From contig CM119376.1 in the NCBI GenBank assembly GCA_051294905.1, forward strand, positions 29,264,001-29,328,000: a stretch of DNA of 64,000 bases. Direction: 5' to 3'. How positions within the stretch are numbered: position 1 is the stretch's first letter; every line of letters begins with the position of its first letter. The notes under the pieces are model-generated. The model had not been told where the DNA came from and searched no databases. It worked only from the letters and a program-made list of their open reading frames with translations. Of this stretch, positions 1-21,340 are shown piece after piece. The position numbers were made by a program, and so were the translations under genes. Source of the DNA: Botryllus schlosseri (Eukaryota).

Positions 1-351
1 CAGCGTTATTAACCAATCAACTTGCGCATGATTATCACGCGGCTTCACAGTAACGTCTCTTCTGCCTATCTTTGATCGGTGGATCATTCCAGAATTATCA
101 TCGAAAAATTGAATAACTCCGCTTCTACAGCTTGGAATTGAGTCAAATTTGTTTTGCATCGTTTTTGAAGACAGCGCAACAATTTCATAGGGTTGGCAGA
201 AACATTTGAAAAATTTTTTAAACTGTGCGAAACACGCGAATATTGGTGGGAATGAATTGAAATTGCGCATGCGTCGTTTTTTAAGACAACCTCACAATTT
301 AATCACGCAGCCAGCAAGGTTCAGGAAAAAATTAATTTTTGAACAGCCCTG
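1..351. mobile_element. Partial MITE, family C (terminus TAGGG(C/T)TGTTCAAAA), truncated by the window start
   Basis: Ends in TTTTGAACAGCCCTG. Internal sequence matches the copies at 21341-22066 and 55509-55979. Confidence 0.75.
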
Positions 352-996
352 GTGTAGGGGTTGTATCAGGCTAAATAATTGCTCATATTATTTTATTCAA
401 TATCTTCCTTAAGTGGAATTTTTTTCGATTCATGTATAAAATTCGTAGGGTAGGGACCGATGGTACAATAGCCAAATCAAGCAAAATAATCAATAAGCAT
501 ACTAATCATGCAACAATTGAAACATGCCTACGTACAGCCATTAGTATGTATCCTCAAATTTATAGGTTCGAGCCTAAATCGAAACGCGACTTTATGGCAA
601 CATTTGAATTGTTATTAATTATATTTTTTGACGGTTGCGACCAAACATTATTCTTTGGCATGCTGTAGCTTAGATTATAATATACACAGCAAGAAAATTT
701 GTCACATCTGAGTTTTTGAGAGTATGTCTCATAGGTCCCCGGGTCGTGTGCCATTGGACCCGCCGGGTGGGGACCGATGATACGTTCGAGCAACAGATTT
801 TAAACGTTCATAAATATTTTTTGAAAAGACGGATATTCACGTATATGCGCGATAGGTAGAGCTTGTATCAAAGTGTTGCGAGCCAGCAAAAGATCTGCTG
901 TTATCGGCTGAAAATATTGGGGCCGGAGATCATTTTCCAATTTTTGATCCATCGCTACCACATCTCCCCTACTCGATTTTGTCCAGCCCTAATCAT

Positions 997-1179
997 AGAG
1001 AGAGAGAAAGTCTTTATTTTTTCATCAAACCAAAATACATAACACACACGGCAGTGGTGGTGGTACAGAAAATATGCATGCACAGTATTCGGTATTAGAT
1101 AGGAATGATCGATAAGACCGTGAGGGTCATCTAGTCTGATCACACCAGCATCAAACAGGTACACTTGACTCTAAACAGT
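997..1179 (-). mobile_element. Short 5'-truncated copy of a LINE 3' end with a (CT)n tail
   Basis: The reverse complement aligns at about 90% with 3899-4000 joined to 7649-7736, i.e. the same sequence without the hAT insertion. Confidence 0.75.
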
Positions 1180-1681
1180 AAGCCCGGGGGCGTGTCTAAA
1201 AAAAGGGTTGGGAACCACTGCACTAAACTTTCGAGCTTTCGATTGAGACCGGTTGTATTAAATTCTGCGCTCTATGGTCGCCAGCGCGAAGTTTACCAGA
1301 TTGTTGTATTAACTTTCCGTTCTGATGCTCATGAGGTCTGATTTGTCATGAATTGAACTTAGTTCAGACTTTCATTTTTCTCGACTTCAGTAATTCTAAT
1401 TCTAATTGAAAAACACTGTGTATAATGTAATTATAATTATAATCTAATTTAGAAAAGATGAAAGTTATCTACAGTTATCAAACTCAGCCCTGTATAGCGG
1501 AAACTGAATGTATTTCGTTACTAGGGATACTCTCCTCGGTTCTTTTCAAATCTTCATGTTCTACTACCACTTGAAGTAGTTTTGAGAGGCCTTGGAAAAC
1601 TTCTGCGCATTAAAAATATTTCTTATTTGTTTCCTTCCTACATTTTATCCTATTTGCTCATGCTGGATGAACGTAACAACG

Positions 1682-1733
1682 AAAAAGTTTGGTACGCTTC
1701 ACGATTATGCGTGTCATCCTTGCGCCAGGGGCC

Positions 1734-1769
<36 letters not shown>

Positions 1770-1790
1770 GTGCACCGCCGAAGCGAGTAC
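1682..1790 (-). ncRNA. RNU6: U6 spliceosomal snRNA
   Basis: Minus strand reads GTACTCGCTTCGGCGGTGCACATACTAAAATTGGAACGATACAGAGAAGATTAGCATGGCCCCTGGCGCAAGGATGACACGCATAATCGTGAAGCGTACCAAACTTTTT. ACAGAGA box, AGC triad and T5 terminator are present. Confidence 0.97.
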
Positions 1791-1814
1791 GTTAAGGGTA
1801 CATTGGCACTTCAA

Positions 1815-1856
1815 TATATAAACGCGCAAAATCAAATAATACTATTTACGGTGGGT
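1815..1856 (-). promoter_or_regulatory. Type-3 Pol III promoter of U6: TATA box and PSE-like element
   Basis: TTTATATA at about -25 to -32 and ACCCACCGTAAATAG at about -52 to -66 from the U6 +1, the canonical U6 spacing. Confidence 0.75.
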
Positions 1857-2319
1857 AAGATTACGTCATATGTTTCAAGCAGTAAACCAGGGTGGGGGGC
1901 ATTACAAAACAATGTGGTAAATCAGAATCTCCGCCAGCGGTAACGAGCTCTCTCGAATGCGATAACCGCATTGTGTCAAAATTGGTATGTCAAAACATTT
2001 TGCGGCCAGCTCACGCAAGAGCGCTCTGAACTCTCGTAAAATCTCGTAATTCGATCCAGACGCAACACAACGTTTCACAATCAACGCGCTAGTTTGTGAT
2101 TTCGCCAAGTCGGCAATCTCAGTAAAAGATGACACCAAATGAGGGCTTTTAATGCTGTATGGTCAGCAACGATTTGCAATTTAGCTGCGATAATATTTCA
2201 CAAACAGGGAGATAGAAATGCCCGAATTGTTTGTGATTTTGCTCTGAAGAGATCAAAATACAGGCGTGGCGTACGGTACATTAAATAGTTTGTCTGCTTA
2301 TAGGCCGCTGCGTCTAGAA

Positions 2320-2554
2320 CAGTGGTTCCCAACCTTTTTCGACTCATCACCCGCTTTTCACGCTCCACACCGATCATCGCCGACCATCTCCGAATTGACT
2401 CCAATAGAGCCGTTTTAACGCGCCATCGCCCCCTTCGCTATTTTCGTCCACTTTTTCCGTTTTCGCTCCCATATCGCCCCTTCGTTATTTTCACCCCCTA
2501 GACCGCCAAATCGCATCCTGGGGGTCGATATATCGCCCACGTTGGGAACCACTG
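2320..2554. mobile_element. Buster-type hAT MITE (family A)
   Basis: Terminal inverted repeat (TIR) CAGTGGTTCCCAAC...GTTGGGAACCACTG. Flanks GTCTAGAA / GTCTATAC are a degenerate 8-bp TSD with central TA. Confidence 0.8.
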
Positions 2555-4000
2555 GTCTATACATTTTGTCCGTCGTTTATAGTTTTTCGACGCTTTTACT
2601 CGCTCCCTTTCATTCGCTTCCTATAACGGCCCTTCACCGGGTCTTTCTCTGGATTCTTTCGTAAAACTAGGATTTCCATATTTTGGGATCCGCGGAAAGG
2701 AGGACACTTTTTACATATTACAAATTACCGGACTAGAACACTGCCGATTCTGGAATTTTTACGGGAAATCATGTTGTGCCGACTCCGGAATGACCCACTT
2801 TATGATAATACTCATGCTGCCGTAGCCTATATTGACTAAAATAAAAACAGGCTAATTTTTTTTGGTCCTACTCCCGAAAGACCCGCCCGAACATCCGAAT
2901 TGCACATTTCGCGTCATTTAATTTTTAGTTAGTAGTGTCTTAGTTTATTATATATAATAATCGTTGAGTTATATTTTTCATCTGAACAAGTCGCTCACAA
3001 TGTACATAATGCGATAAGACACAATGCGATGTCATGAATAGATAGGAGGATGTAGAACGAGACGTATCGGTAGCGATTCTTTACTCTAACATCCACCTCG
3101 GCCTAGAGTGCCCGATGTCACGGTTATTTTCGATGTCGATCTTTTTTGAAGCCGTGGCCATTTCTACTAGTTCATTCCATTCCTTGTGAGTGCTTCCTTT
3201 GGTCAGGTCTTTTTCTGGTCTTTTTCGTCGCCGAACGAACGGCAACGGCGGGGGAAGAGGAGCCCAACGGGAATCGTATCGAGTCCGACAGATTTGTGGG
3301 CGCTTATCCTCACCACTACGCTATCTCTATATATCAGTGGTTGGGTCTGTCCATTAGCCTGGCTGTCAAAGCTATAAAGGAGTACGAATTCCCAAAAAGA
3401 TGGACATTTAGGCATTCTCGGATAACATTTCCGATTTCATCTCATCTGTACCTTTACGTACCAATTTATCGCCTTACTACCGTAAGCATCGAATTTTGCG
3501 AGTTGATGAACTATATCGCTTATCAAAAGTTGTTCACAAATATTTTTCCAATAGTCTGCCTCCTGTGTTTGATGACTTTTTCATACCTGCTAAACATGAC
3601 CATTCCCATTACACGAGATCCTCGTCTAAAGGAAACATCTACTTACCCCCACCCAATAGCAACCTAACTATAAGAGATCTATCGACTACTCGGGACCTAT
3701 CATCTGGAATGCATTACCACCACATATTCGTGAATTGCCTTATAATAGATTCAAAAAAGCCCTACTTGATCACCTCTTGTCGTTACACTAACACTGTTGC
3801 CCTACCTCGCCCAGACATTGCTTCATTGATCATTTGCTACCATTGTTTAATTTTTTTTTCTATTTTCCTTTCCTAACTAAACATTTTTTTACAGTTAGAC
3901 TGTTCAGAGTAAAGTGTACCTGTTTGATGCTGGTGTGATCAGACTAGATGACCTTCACGGTCTTATCGATCATTCCTATCTAATACCGAATACTGTGCAC

Positions 4001-7000
4001 TAGGGTTGTTCAGAATTGACCGACTTTCAAAAAGTCCAGGTTTTCAGTCCGTTTCCCATGCCGTATACCTTAAAAACAAATTCTGGCAACTTTTTTTTGT
4101 AATTCATCCCCTGCATCCGTGTGCACATTGCCGTTTTCTCATGCACCTAAAAACTTCTTCGGAATTAGGGGATTCCCCCGTTGTCAGTGACTCGACAGGA
4201 ATGGCGTGTGTTCTCATTGACGTGACGCGTATGTTCTAGCGCTGATTAAGCGCTGAGCACGGCTGTGAAACGGGGATCATTGATTAGTCAGGTGCCTTGC
4301 TGCTTTGTTGTTGATGGACTGTGTTTACGATTGAGGTGCAGGACTTATCAGGCGGCATTTTGACTCGTGCTATTAGCGAGTTTAGCGCGTGATTAGTGAA
4401 CATAGTATTATAGCAGTATACAACTATTTGATATAATAGACCTGATACTCTTTTCCTTTCTACTAGGATAGAAACAAAGCTTGCAAATGTCCATTCCAGT
4501 GACTGGGGAAAACCGCCAGTCGGTTGCTCTAAATTTTTTGTTATATCCCAAGATATCAATATACTGGTATGAGTTTTTCCAATTTAGGAATAACTATCTT
4601 CGATAATCTATAACTGGATCTAATCTGGCTACTCCTGTGCAAGTTATGCAGTATGTGTTCGACCTAAAACTCTAAAGAACTGAAATGTTTTCCACTATTC
4701 TTTGTTGCTTGACTGAGTTTATGTATATCTGTTTTTCTAGGATTAGCTGTAGTGCGAAATGTCTGAAAAAAAAGAAAATCGTCATCTAGTGCAGCAGTAC
4801 CGAAGAAAACTAGAAGAACACGATCGCAGACACAACATTTCTTAGTTGGGCCATCTGAGGAAGCCATTACGGGATCGAAGTTGCCCACTCTGAGGCTGTG
4901 AGGCAAGTTATGCAATATGTGCTACACCTGAGAGAGCATTCATTTAAAAAAAATGAACCAGTCAAGTCACACATCCAGATCGCAGTAGATGAAGTGATCG
5001 GTTTTTGGTTACTTGCTGGCATAAAGACTATCACAAAAGTCAATGCCACTAAAAGATTGGGAACAGTGTGGAAACAATGGCTGTCACTAAAGAAAACTGC
5101 AGGCCGGCAATATGTATAAAAAAAACAAAGCGACTTTGAAGCCAAACTGAGTAAGCTATGGGATATAGGAGCCCTTGACGCGATAGCGACAATTGAAGCA
5201 AGTAGACTTCTTTCTGACGATAAAAAACGTGAAGACATAGCATTTTATCAGGATCAAAGGGGTCCGAGATTAGCAACGATCGGTGGCAAAGATAAAGTGT
5301 TGAAAGCGAAAATCATGCACCAAAAGAGACGGACCATGAGTGCAAGAGAGTCTGCACCAGCATCAAGTAGCGAAGGTGTATTTACAGAGAGCTCATCTAT
5401 ATCTTCACAGGTAGCTGACACTTCTCACAGCACTGATTTTGAACTTGCACAGTCGACATCTGGTCATTCCGCTAAATTTGTGACTCTAAAAGCTGTAAAC
5501 CTATTCAGCGACGAAGACCTATTCCAGGTTTTCGATCGCTTGAAAGTCAGTGATAATGCCGCTACCATGATAACTGCAGCACTGATTAAAGCTTGCGATG
5601 GCAACCCTAATGACTTCCATCTTTCGAGATCTGGGACCTATCGACGACACATTGCAAATCGTTTGAAAATTTCCGAATCTATCTTTGAAAAAATATCCAC
5701 CAATCCACCAGAGCACATTGCATTGCACTGGGATGGAAAGCTCACTAAGAGTCGTCTAGGATATCAATTTGAGGCCTTGGCAGTGCTCGCATCGTCTGCG
5801 TATTCCGGCGCATTTAAGAAAGGGAAACTTCTTGGCATTCAAACTCTATAAAGTGCTACAGGAAAAGCACAGGCTGATGCATCATTTGAACTGCTGGAAC
5901 TTTGGAATTTAACAAAATCTGTTAGAGCTCTTGTGTTTGTCACAACATCCTCAAACACTGGTAAAAACAAAGGTGCGGTTCCGTTACTTGAAGAATATAT
6001 TAACAGGAAAGTTTTCTACAATGCCTGTCGCCATCATATTTATGAACTGGTCATTCGAGAGGTTCTGAAGTGTTTGTTTGGATCGACAACCACAGGCCCT
6101 GAAAACACGGATTTTAATACCTTCAAGAAGAAGTGGAAACATATTGATGAATCAAGAAGCTATAAAACGCTGAAGTTTATTGAAGGCAGCTGGTTGGCGA
6201 TGAAAGCTGATGAAGCAAAGCAAGAAATAATTCCACTGATGAAACCCAATGATGGAAAGCAGAAAGAAGTCTTGATAAGAGATGACTACAGAGAATGTGC
6301 AACAGGCACCTTGGCGATTTTGGATGACAAATATGTTGATCATCGTTTTCGCAAGCCTGGTGTTACTCATAGCGCTAGATGGATTAGTCAAGTCCTGTAC
6401 TGTCAAAAAATGTTCATGTGGAGTGAGCAAATGGACTATTCTGAAGAGTTCATTGAAAAGTTGGAACGAATCAATACATTCATTGCTTTGTTTTATGTTC
6501 CAGCTTGGTTGAAAACTGGTATTGCATGTGACGCACCTTGGAATGATCTCAAATTCCTTCATGACATGAAAAACTTTTCATTATGCGATCTCACTGTTGC
6601 TGATGTGGCATACAAGAAATTGCGAAAACATCATTGGTATCTAACTGAGGAAATGGTGGTATTTACCATGTTCTCGGCTAATCCAAAGATTCCTGACAAA
6701 CTGAAGGAAGCAATGGCTGCTAAATTGATTAAAATGCCAATCCCTGAAAAATTTCGCAGAGGTATGCCTCTCAGTCTGATCTCTGACTCTGTCTCTGAGT
6801 CAATGAGTATGGTCGATTTGATTGGGCCAGAACCGTGGTTTCTATTTGATGCTATACATGTGGAACATGATTGGTTGAGTCTTCCAGTTTCGGAATGGCA
6901 TACTGATCCGGATTTCGTGACTGCTCAAGAATTTGTGAATACTGTTGAAGTAGTTATGATGCAGCAGAGCGTATGGTAAAATTGAATACCGACTATGCTG

Positions 7001-7640
7001 CGTTCATAACGGATGACAAAAAACAGCGAGTGAGCCTCCTACAAGCTGTGGAAGATCGGAACAGATATGCAGATTTCTCGAAAGCAACCATTTCATCCGG
7101 ACCTGATTTATGTAATTTTTTGCCAAGTTGATCTCTTTCTTTGCCTTATTTTTTCGTTTCCTGTGATGTTTATTATGTGGCTGTGAGTGGATGTTACATT
7201 TACAGTTGTATTCTTGCACATGAGGATCCAGGAAATTGATGAACAGTGCCGGGTAGGTTTGAGGGGTGTAGGATATGTGATCCAACAAAATGACTATCAG
7301 TTTTAGGTAGTTTTGAGCAGTTCTAAGGCAGTGTGGGACATGGAAATGATATCCTGAACTAGGAATGCCTTATATAGTGGGGTTTTGTAGCACTCCAAAC
7401 CGCAACAGCTGCATAAATCCATGTTATATGTCACTTTAACTAGGGTAGGTAAAATCGTGACACTCAGATTTTAGGGGAATCCCCTATTTTCAGCTGCTAT
7501 TCTTCCAGCTCAATGTGCACACGGATGCAGGGGACGAGTTACAAAAAAAAGTAGCCAGAATATGTTTTTAAGGTATAAGGCATGGGAATCGGACTGAAAA
7601 CCTGGACTTTTTGAAAGTCGGTCAATTCTGAACAACCCTA
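4001..7640 (+). mobile_element. Full-length hAT-superfamily DNA transposon (possibly hATm-like), 3640 bp
   Basis: About 130-bp TIRs starting TAGGGTTGTTCAGAATTGACC, with the first 51 bp perfect. Perfect 8-bp TSD CTGTGCAC at 3993-4000 and 7641-7648. Encodes a transposase remnant. Confidence 0.93.
4759..7131 (+). pseudogene. Inactivated hAT-type DDE transposase
   Basis: HWDGK, CRHH (CxxH) and VVNDAAER motifs. In-frame TAA stops at 5117 and 5849. The expected F-D-T-T motif reads FVTTSSNTG. A 1-bp deletion near 6957 puts NDAAER out of frame, and there are further frameshifts near the 5' end. Confidence 0.88.
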
Positions 7641-7710
7641 CTGTGCACGCATATTTTCTGTACCACCATCACTGCTGTTTGTTATGTATTTTGGTTCGAT
7701 GAAAATAAGA

Positions 7711-7742
<32 letters not shown>

Positions 7743-8100
7743 CATGAAAAAGGAGGACAAATCCTCCTAAAGGACGACATATGGTAACCCTGTCCTATCA
7801 AAACGCCGTAAGAAGAATAGGCCAGAGTGGGATTTTGATTGATTGCCCCCTCCTCTATTTTCTTTGTATCATTTTGAACCGACGAAATTCTCAATAATCT
7901 GAACTAAACTAAAAATTTATCATTGGAATGATGTTGACTTTGATGAGCCATAAACACCAGAGACAGTAAACCAAGCTATTGTATTCTGAAAGAAAAGGTG
8001 CGAAGGCAAAAGTATCTCTCGTGGCTCGTGTAGTAAATATTATTTTGCCGTGAAGCGTGTTGCATATTGTTTTTGTGGAAATAGCAGTCAGCTAACAGGG

Positions 8101-8988
8101 ATGGGTTGCGATGGAGGAACTATTCCGCGGAGACACGAACTAGTAAAAACCAAACAGAGAGGCGAACAGAAAGACAAAAACGCCGACATAGTGGCGAAAT
8201 GGAAACATTGCGCTCTTTCGAGCGAGCCTTTGAAGGAACCGATAGTCGCTTGCGAATTGGGTAAATTGTACAATAAGGACGCGGTTATCGAATACTTGTT
8301 GAACAAAAAAGCCGAGAAGAAATCAGAGATGAAACACATTAAAGGTTTGAAAGATATTCACACATTATCATTACACCGAAATCCGGCCTGGAAAAGTAGG
8401 ACGGAGAAGGCCGAAAAGGGTGACGGTTACATCGACGACCACGATTCGAAATACATGTGCCCGATCTCGGGAGTGGAAATGAATGGAAAACACAAATTTT
8501 GTTACTTAAGAAGCTGTTCATGCGTGTTAAGTCAGAGAGCTTTGAAAGAGCTCAGGGGTTCGGTTTGCGGAATCTGTTCGAAAGAATATTCAGAATACGA
8601 TGACGTCATTGTGTTGAACGGGGATAAGGAAGAAGTGGAGATATTGCAAAAAAAAATAGATCAACGCAGAAAAGACAAGAAATCACAAAAATCCAAGAAA
8701 AAAATGGAAACGAGTGAAAAAGAAAAAATCGAAAATCCCAAAAAATCTGATATTCCTACAAGTTCTGGAATGATGTCGACTGACACCTTTTCTAAGAAAA
8801 TCCCCGGACAAGGTACCGCTCAAAAGCTGGAGGTCTCGGGCACGTTGAATGGTGTGAAACGTAAAATGGAGGAAGATACGATTTATAAAACCGAGGCTTT
8901 CAAATCGATATTCACGTCGCACAACTCTGCGAAAAGATCGAAGAATCAGAAAGCTCACTGGATAACTTACAACCCGTATCATTGCTGA
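8101..8988 (+). CDS. RTF2: Replication termination factor 2, single exon, 295 aa
   Basis: Diagnostic N-terminus MGCDGGTIPRRHELVK, W..CALS.EPL.EPIVACELGKLYNKDAVIEYLL, CPISGVEMNGKHKF, and C-terminal AHWITYNP. Confidence 0.96.
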   Translation: MGCDGGTIPRRHELVKTKQRGEQKDKNADIVAKWKHCALSSEPLKEPIVACELGKLYNKDAVIEYLLNKKAEKKSEMKHIKGLKDIHTLSLHRNPAWKSRTEKAEKGDGYIDDHDSKYMCPISGVEMNGKHKFCYLRSCSCVLSQRALKELRGSVCGICSKEYSEYDDVIVLNGDKEEVEILQKKIDQRRKDKKSQKSKKKMETSEKEKIENPKKSDIPTSSGMMSTDTFSKKIPGQGTAQKLEVSGTLNGVKRKMEEDTIYKTEAFKSIFTSHNSAKRSKNQKAHWITYNPYHC

Positions 8989-9882
8989 GATGGATATAGA
9001 ATGCTGCCGCAAAATATGGCTTGTTTTCTCGAGTATATCATCTGTGTTTGTAGAACTTTGTGTCATGATTATTGTATACAATTGAGCGCATATTTTCGTG
9101 GATTTTGTTAGCGATTGTCATTTGGCTCACTGTTTTCGTCTTGGATAATGTATCGTCACTGCGGAATCACAGTAGATTACGTCTATTTTCACATTTTGAG
9201 GAAATCAAGTTTCTGAAAAATTTTGAAACAATGTAACAAATATAGCCATGGCCCAGATATGGCCGAAACAAAATGAAATTTTACAAAACCTGATTTTCTT
9301 AAAATGTCATGAAAACATTCTGATTCCACAGCGATGATATGGCAATTTATGGTTTCACTTATCCATTTTTCAAGATACCAACCTAGCAAAAATAAGCGTA
9401 TCGTCTTGCACCAGTTGGTTATCATCATTCAATTCGATTATTGTCTTATTTTATCACAGCCAGTTATATATAATTTGTATCGTAATTAGAAAGGCGAATA
9501 GTGAAAAAGAAACACGCATTGGTAACTATCAAAGCTGTAGCCCAAGTCACAAGGTTCCGAGTCACAATTCAGTTTTAATTTTATAGTTTTGACTCAAGTC
9601 GAGCCATTTTCAATACACCACCGAGTCCAGGGTTGTACGTATTGCCTTGGTACATATTACCTTGCATTCCCAGTAATATTCACAACGTCCTGGTGGTTTC
9701 ATAGCAGATTTTGCATGTTTTCCAGTGTCCTGTTTAGTATTGTGAATTTACATGCAGAAGTGTACCTTACCCTACTTACTATGTATTCTGTTAATAAATT
9801 CATTTTTTTGGTGTAAATTTTAATCTTTTAAAAATTGTAAATATTATTAAGATTTTACTTGGTATCTAACTAAAATTACAAT

Positions 9883-11995
9883 ATGCCGTTGGTACTGATG
9901 TGTGGACATCCGTGTAGTGGGAAGACAACACGGTGCCGTCAATTGACTGAGTATTTAGCGGAAATTCATCCAGATGTGAAAGTCGTTGTCGTAGGAGATG
10001 ACAGCCTTGGAGTGGACAGGAATAATATTTATAATGATTCGAAACATGAAAAAGCAATTCGAGGATCGTTGAAATCGGAAGTCGACAGAAACTTGACAAA
10101 GGAAACGGTCGTCATTCTTGATTCGCTCAACTATATCAAAGGTAAGTTGATTGTGATTTATATAGCAGTGGCAAAAGCCTCTTCTCATTTAACTGATGCC
10201 GTCAACCATGGTAGGACTACACAATCGATCGAGGTATTGCAGACTCAAGAATATAATCCAAAGTAACAATCATATAATATCAAATTGCTCGAGACTCAGA
10301 ATGTACAATACCATAGGCGGGCAACTTCTACAGTCGACAGGCCTGATATGGGAAAATCAAGTACCTGACAGGCCGGACTCCTAAATCGTTACATTATTTG
10401 CGTATTTATCCACTTATAAAAGGAATAAATCGTATTAAATGTAAGCTTTAAGTTTAAAGTATGGAGACAAAAACAGTATTTCATGAATTTATTAATAGCT
10501 GTTGAAGTCAATTAGACATCTGTGGTGTGGTCGATCAAAGTCGTCAACAAGTTCTTTGAACTCTGGCTGCGTGCCGCTCAAAATCCTGTTGCGGGTCAGG
10601 TCCGGCACTTCTAACCACCTCCATGCACACATGATACAATGCTTTGTAATGAACAGATAGAAGGATGTCAAAAACGACGGAGGATGGGTATTTCAATATA
10701 ACATCCAACTCGGCCGAATGACCCATGTAACTTTGTGACAATCTTGATCAATGATCATCCGCTGTTCATTCGCTCTTCACTGGGTCTCTAGGCTTTAGAT
10801 TGGCATAGTGTGGGTTCCACAGTCAGCCCTAGTTAAGACTCAACTTACTGTACCCCTCCAAATGGCCTTGATACACCAAAGCTCGCTATATCAGGATAAT
10901 ATTTGATAAGTCAACTTGTTTGCGAAGTTCCAAATGCTCAACACTCAACAGACCATTGAAAGTGATCAGTCTTTGACTGCTGAGCTCACCATCGACCGAA
11001 CATAAATAGTAGCCTCTATGATGCTCGGGTAGAATGATATTGGCATGATCGAGGGTTGTAACCAAGTCATAAGGTTCCAAGTCATAAGTCAATCTCACTG
11101 TTATAGTTTTGACCCGAGTCAAGTCAAGTCGAGTCATTTTCGATTCACCACCGAGTCAAGTCCGAGTCCAAGAAGGTGTGTTGTGACTCGAGTCCGAGTC
11201 AAGTCATTATGTTCTCTGGTTTCAGTTAGCAGTGCTTGGGTTCCATGATAATGACCTAGTTCCCTTTTGATAGGATACTACTTTTTTACTAGCCTACACA
11301 TTGTTCCGTTACTCACTTACTTACTTACCGTTACATTGATGTTTAGTGGACCCGCGATTATAATTGAAATAGATATGTTAAATGCCCGAATGTGAACGCA
11401 AATTTGTGTTGTTCTAGGTTTCCGTTACGAACTATTTTGTGTCAGCAAATACGCACGGACGCCGCACTGCGTGATCTGCACCGAATCGTCAAAGGATACG
11501 ATACAAAGCTGGAATTCAGCTCGAAGTGACACTGAAAGATATCATGAAGAAATCTTGGATGAGCTGATGATGCGGTTCGAGCCTCCAGATTCCAGCCATC
11601 GTTGGGATTCTCCATTATTTACAATCCAACAACAAGATGCTTTGCCAGCGAGAGACATTTGCGACGCTCTCTTTCACAAAAAACCTCCAAAGCCGAACAT
11701 GTCGACCCAAAATCCGCCTCTCCGAGAAACGGATTACTTGTACGAGGTCGACAAAAAGACGCAGCAAATCGTTTCGAGTATTTTAGCGTCTCAAAAATCG
11801 ATGTTAATCGGAGATCTGGTTTCAGTTCCAGGCACTGCAGAGAAATATTGCATCACGCAAAACTTGACTTTGTCACAATTGCGGAGGTTTAGGCAACAGT
11901 TTTTGACCTACGTGAAAACGGGGACTACGACAAAAGTGGACGATATTCCGAAAACGTTTTTGCTGTTTCTTAACAAGTGTATCGAATCTTGTTAG
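9883..11995 (+). CDS. KTI12: KTI12 homolog (Elongator-associated P-loop protein). Exons 9883-10141 and 11418-11995, 278 aa
   Basis: MPLVLMCGHPCSGKTT P-loop. VILDSLNYIKG|FRYELFC is joined across a phase-1 GT-AG intron. RFEPPDSSHRWDSPLF motif. Confidence 0.95.
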
Positions 11996-12244
11996 TGTTT
12001 AAGCGTTGATGCCAACTGCATTTGTTCTGAAAATTATTTTGCGTATGAAGAATGTGTATTTAAAATCTGAACTCTTTATATTCAATGATGTGCCCAATGC
12101 TAGTTACAAGTAAAACCATTGAAAATAGGCATACAGCAAATTTTAGAGCCAAACTAGTCTGGCGGTGGTGCAATACATTGTTGCGATTTTATGGAACATT
12201 TTTCATTACTCTAGATCTGTATATTGTATTTGAGTATTCTCGAT

Positions 12245-21157
<8,913 letters not shown>

Positions 21158-21340
21158 CGGAAATGCTGCGAATATGATTTGGTGTGTGCGATCCCGAGAT
21201 TGTTGCTAGGGTTGGGCAGAATCGAGTAGCTGAGTGACTCTGTTCTGAATAGAGTATTACCCTTCGAGTCGAATATTTGAGTATCACTAATTACAGTGTC
21301 ATACCGGTTTGGATGAATAGATAACTTGAAATATGTACAT

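Larger units (their letters stand above)
3300..7736 (+). mobile_element. 5'-truncated non-LTR retrotransposon remnant (CR1/L2-like ORF2 C-terminus plus 3' UTR), interrupted by the hAT element at 4001-7640
   Basis: Degenerate peptides YPHHYAISIYQWLG and NLSPYYRKHRILRVDELYRLSKVVHKYFSNSLPPVFDDFF..H.HYTR resemble the post-RT region of CR1/L2-group ORF2. The 3' UTR has a GACC-TTCAC-GGTC hairpin and ends in AAATAAGA(CT)n. Confidence 0.65.

Noticed and set aside
10190-11040. Short ORFs in the KTI12 intron as a nested gene
   Set aside because: No recognisable motif or consistent exon chain.
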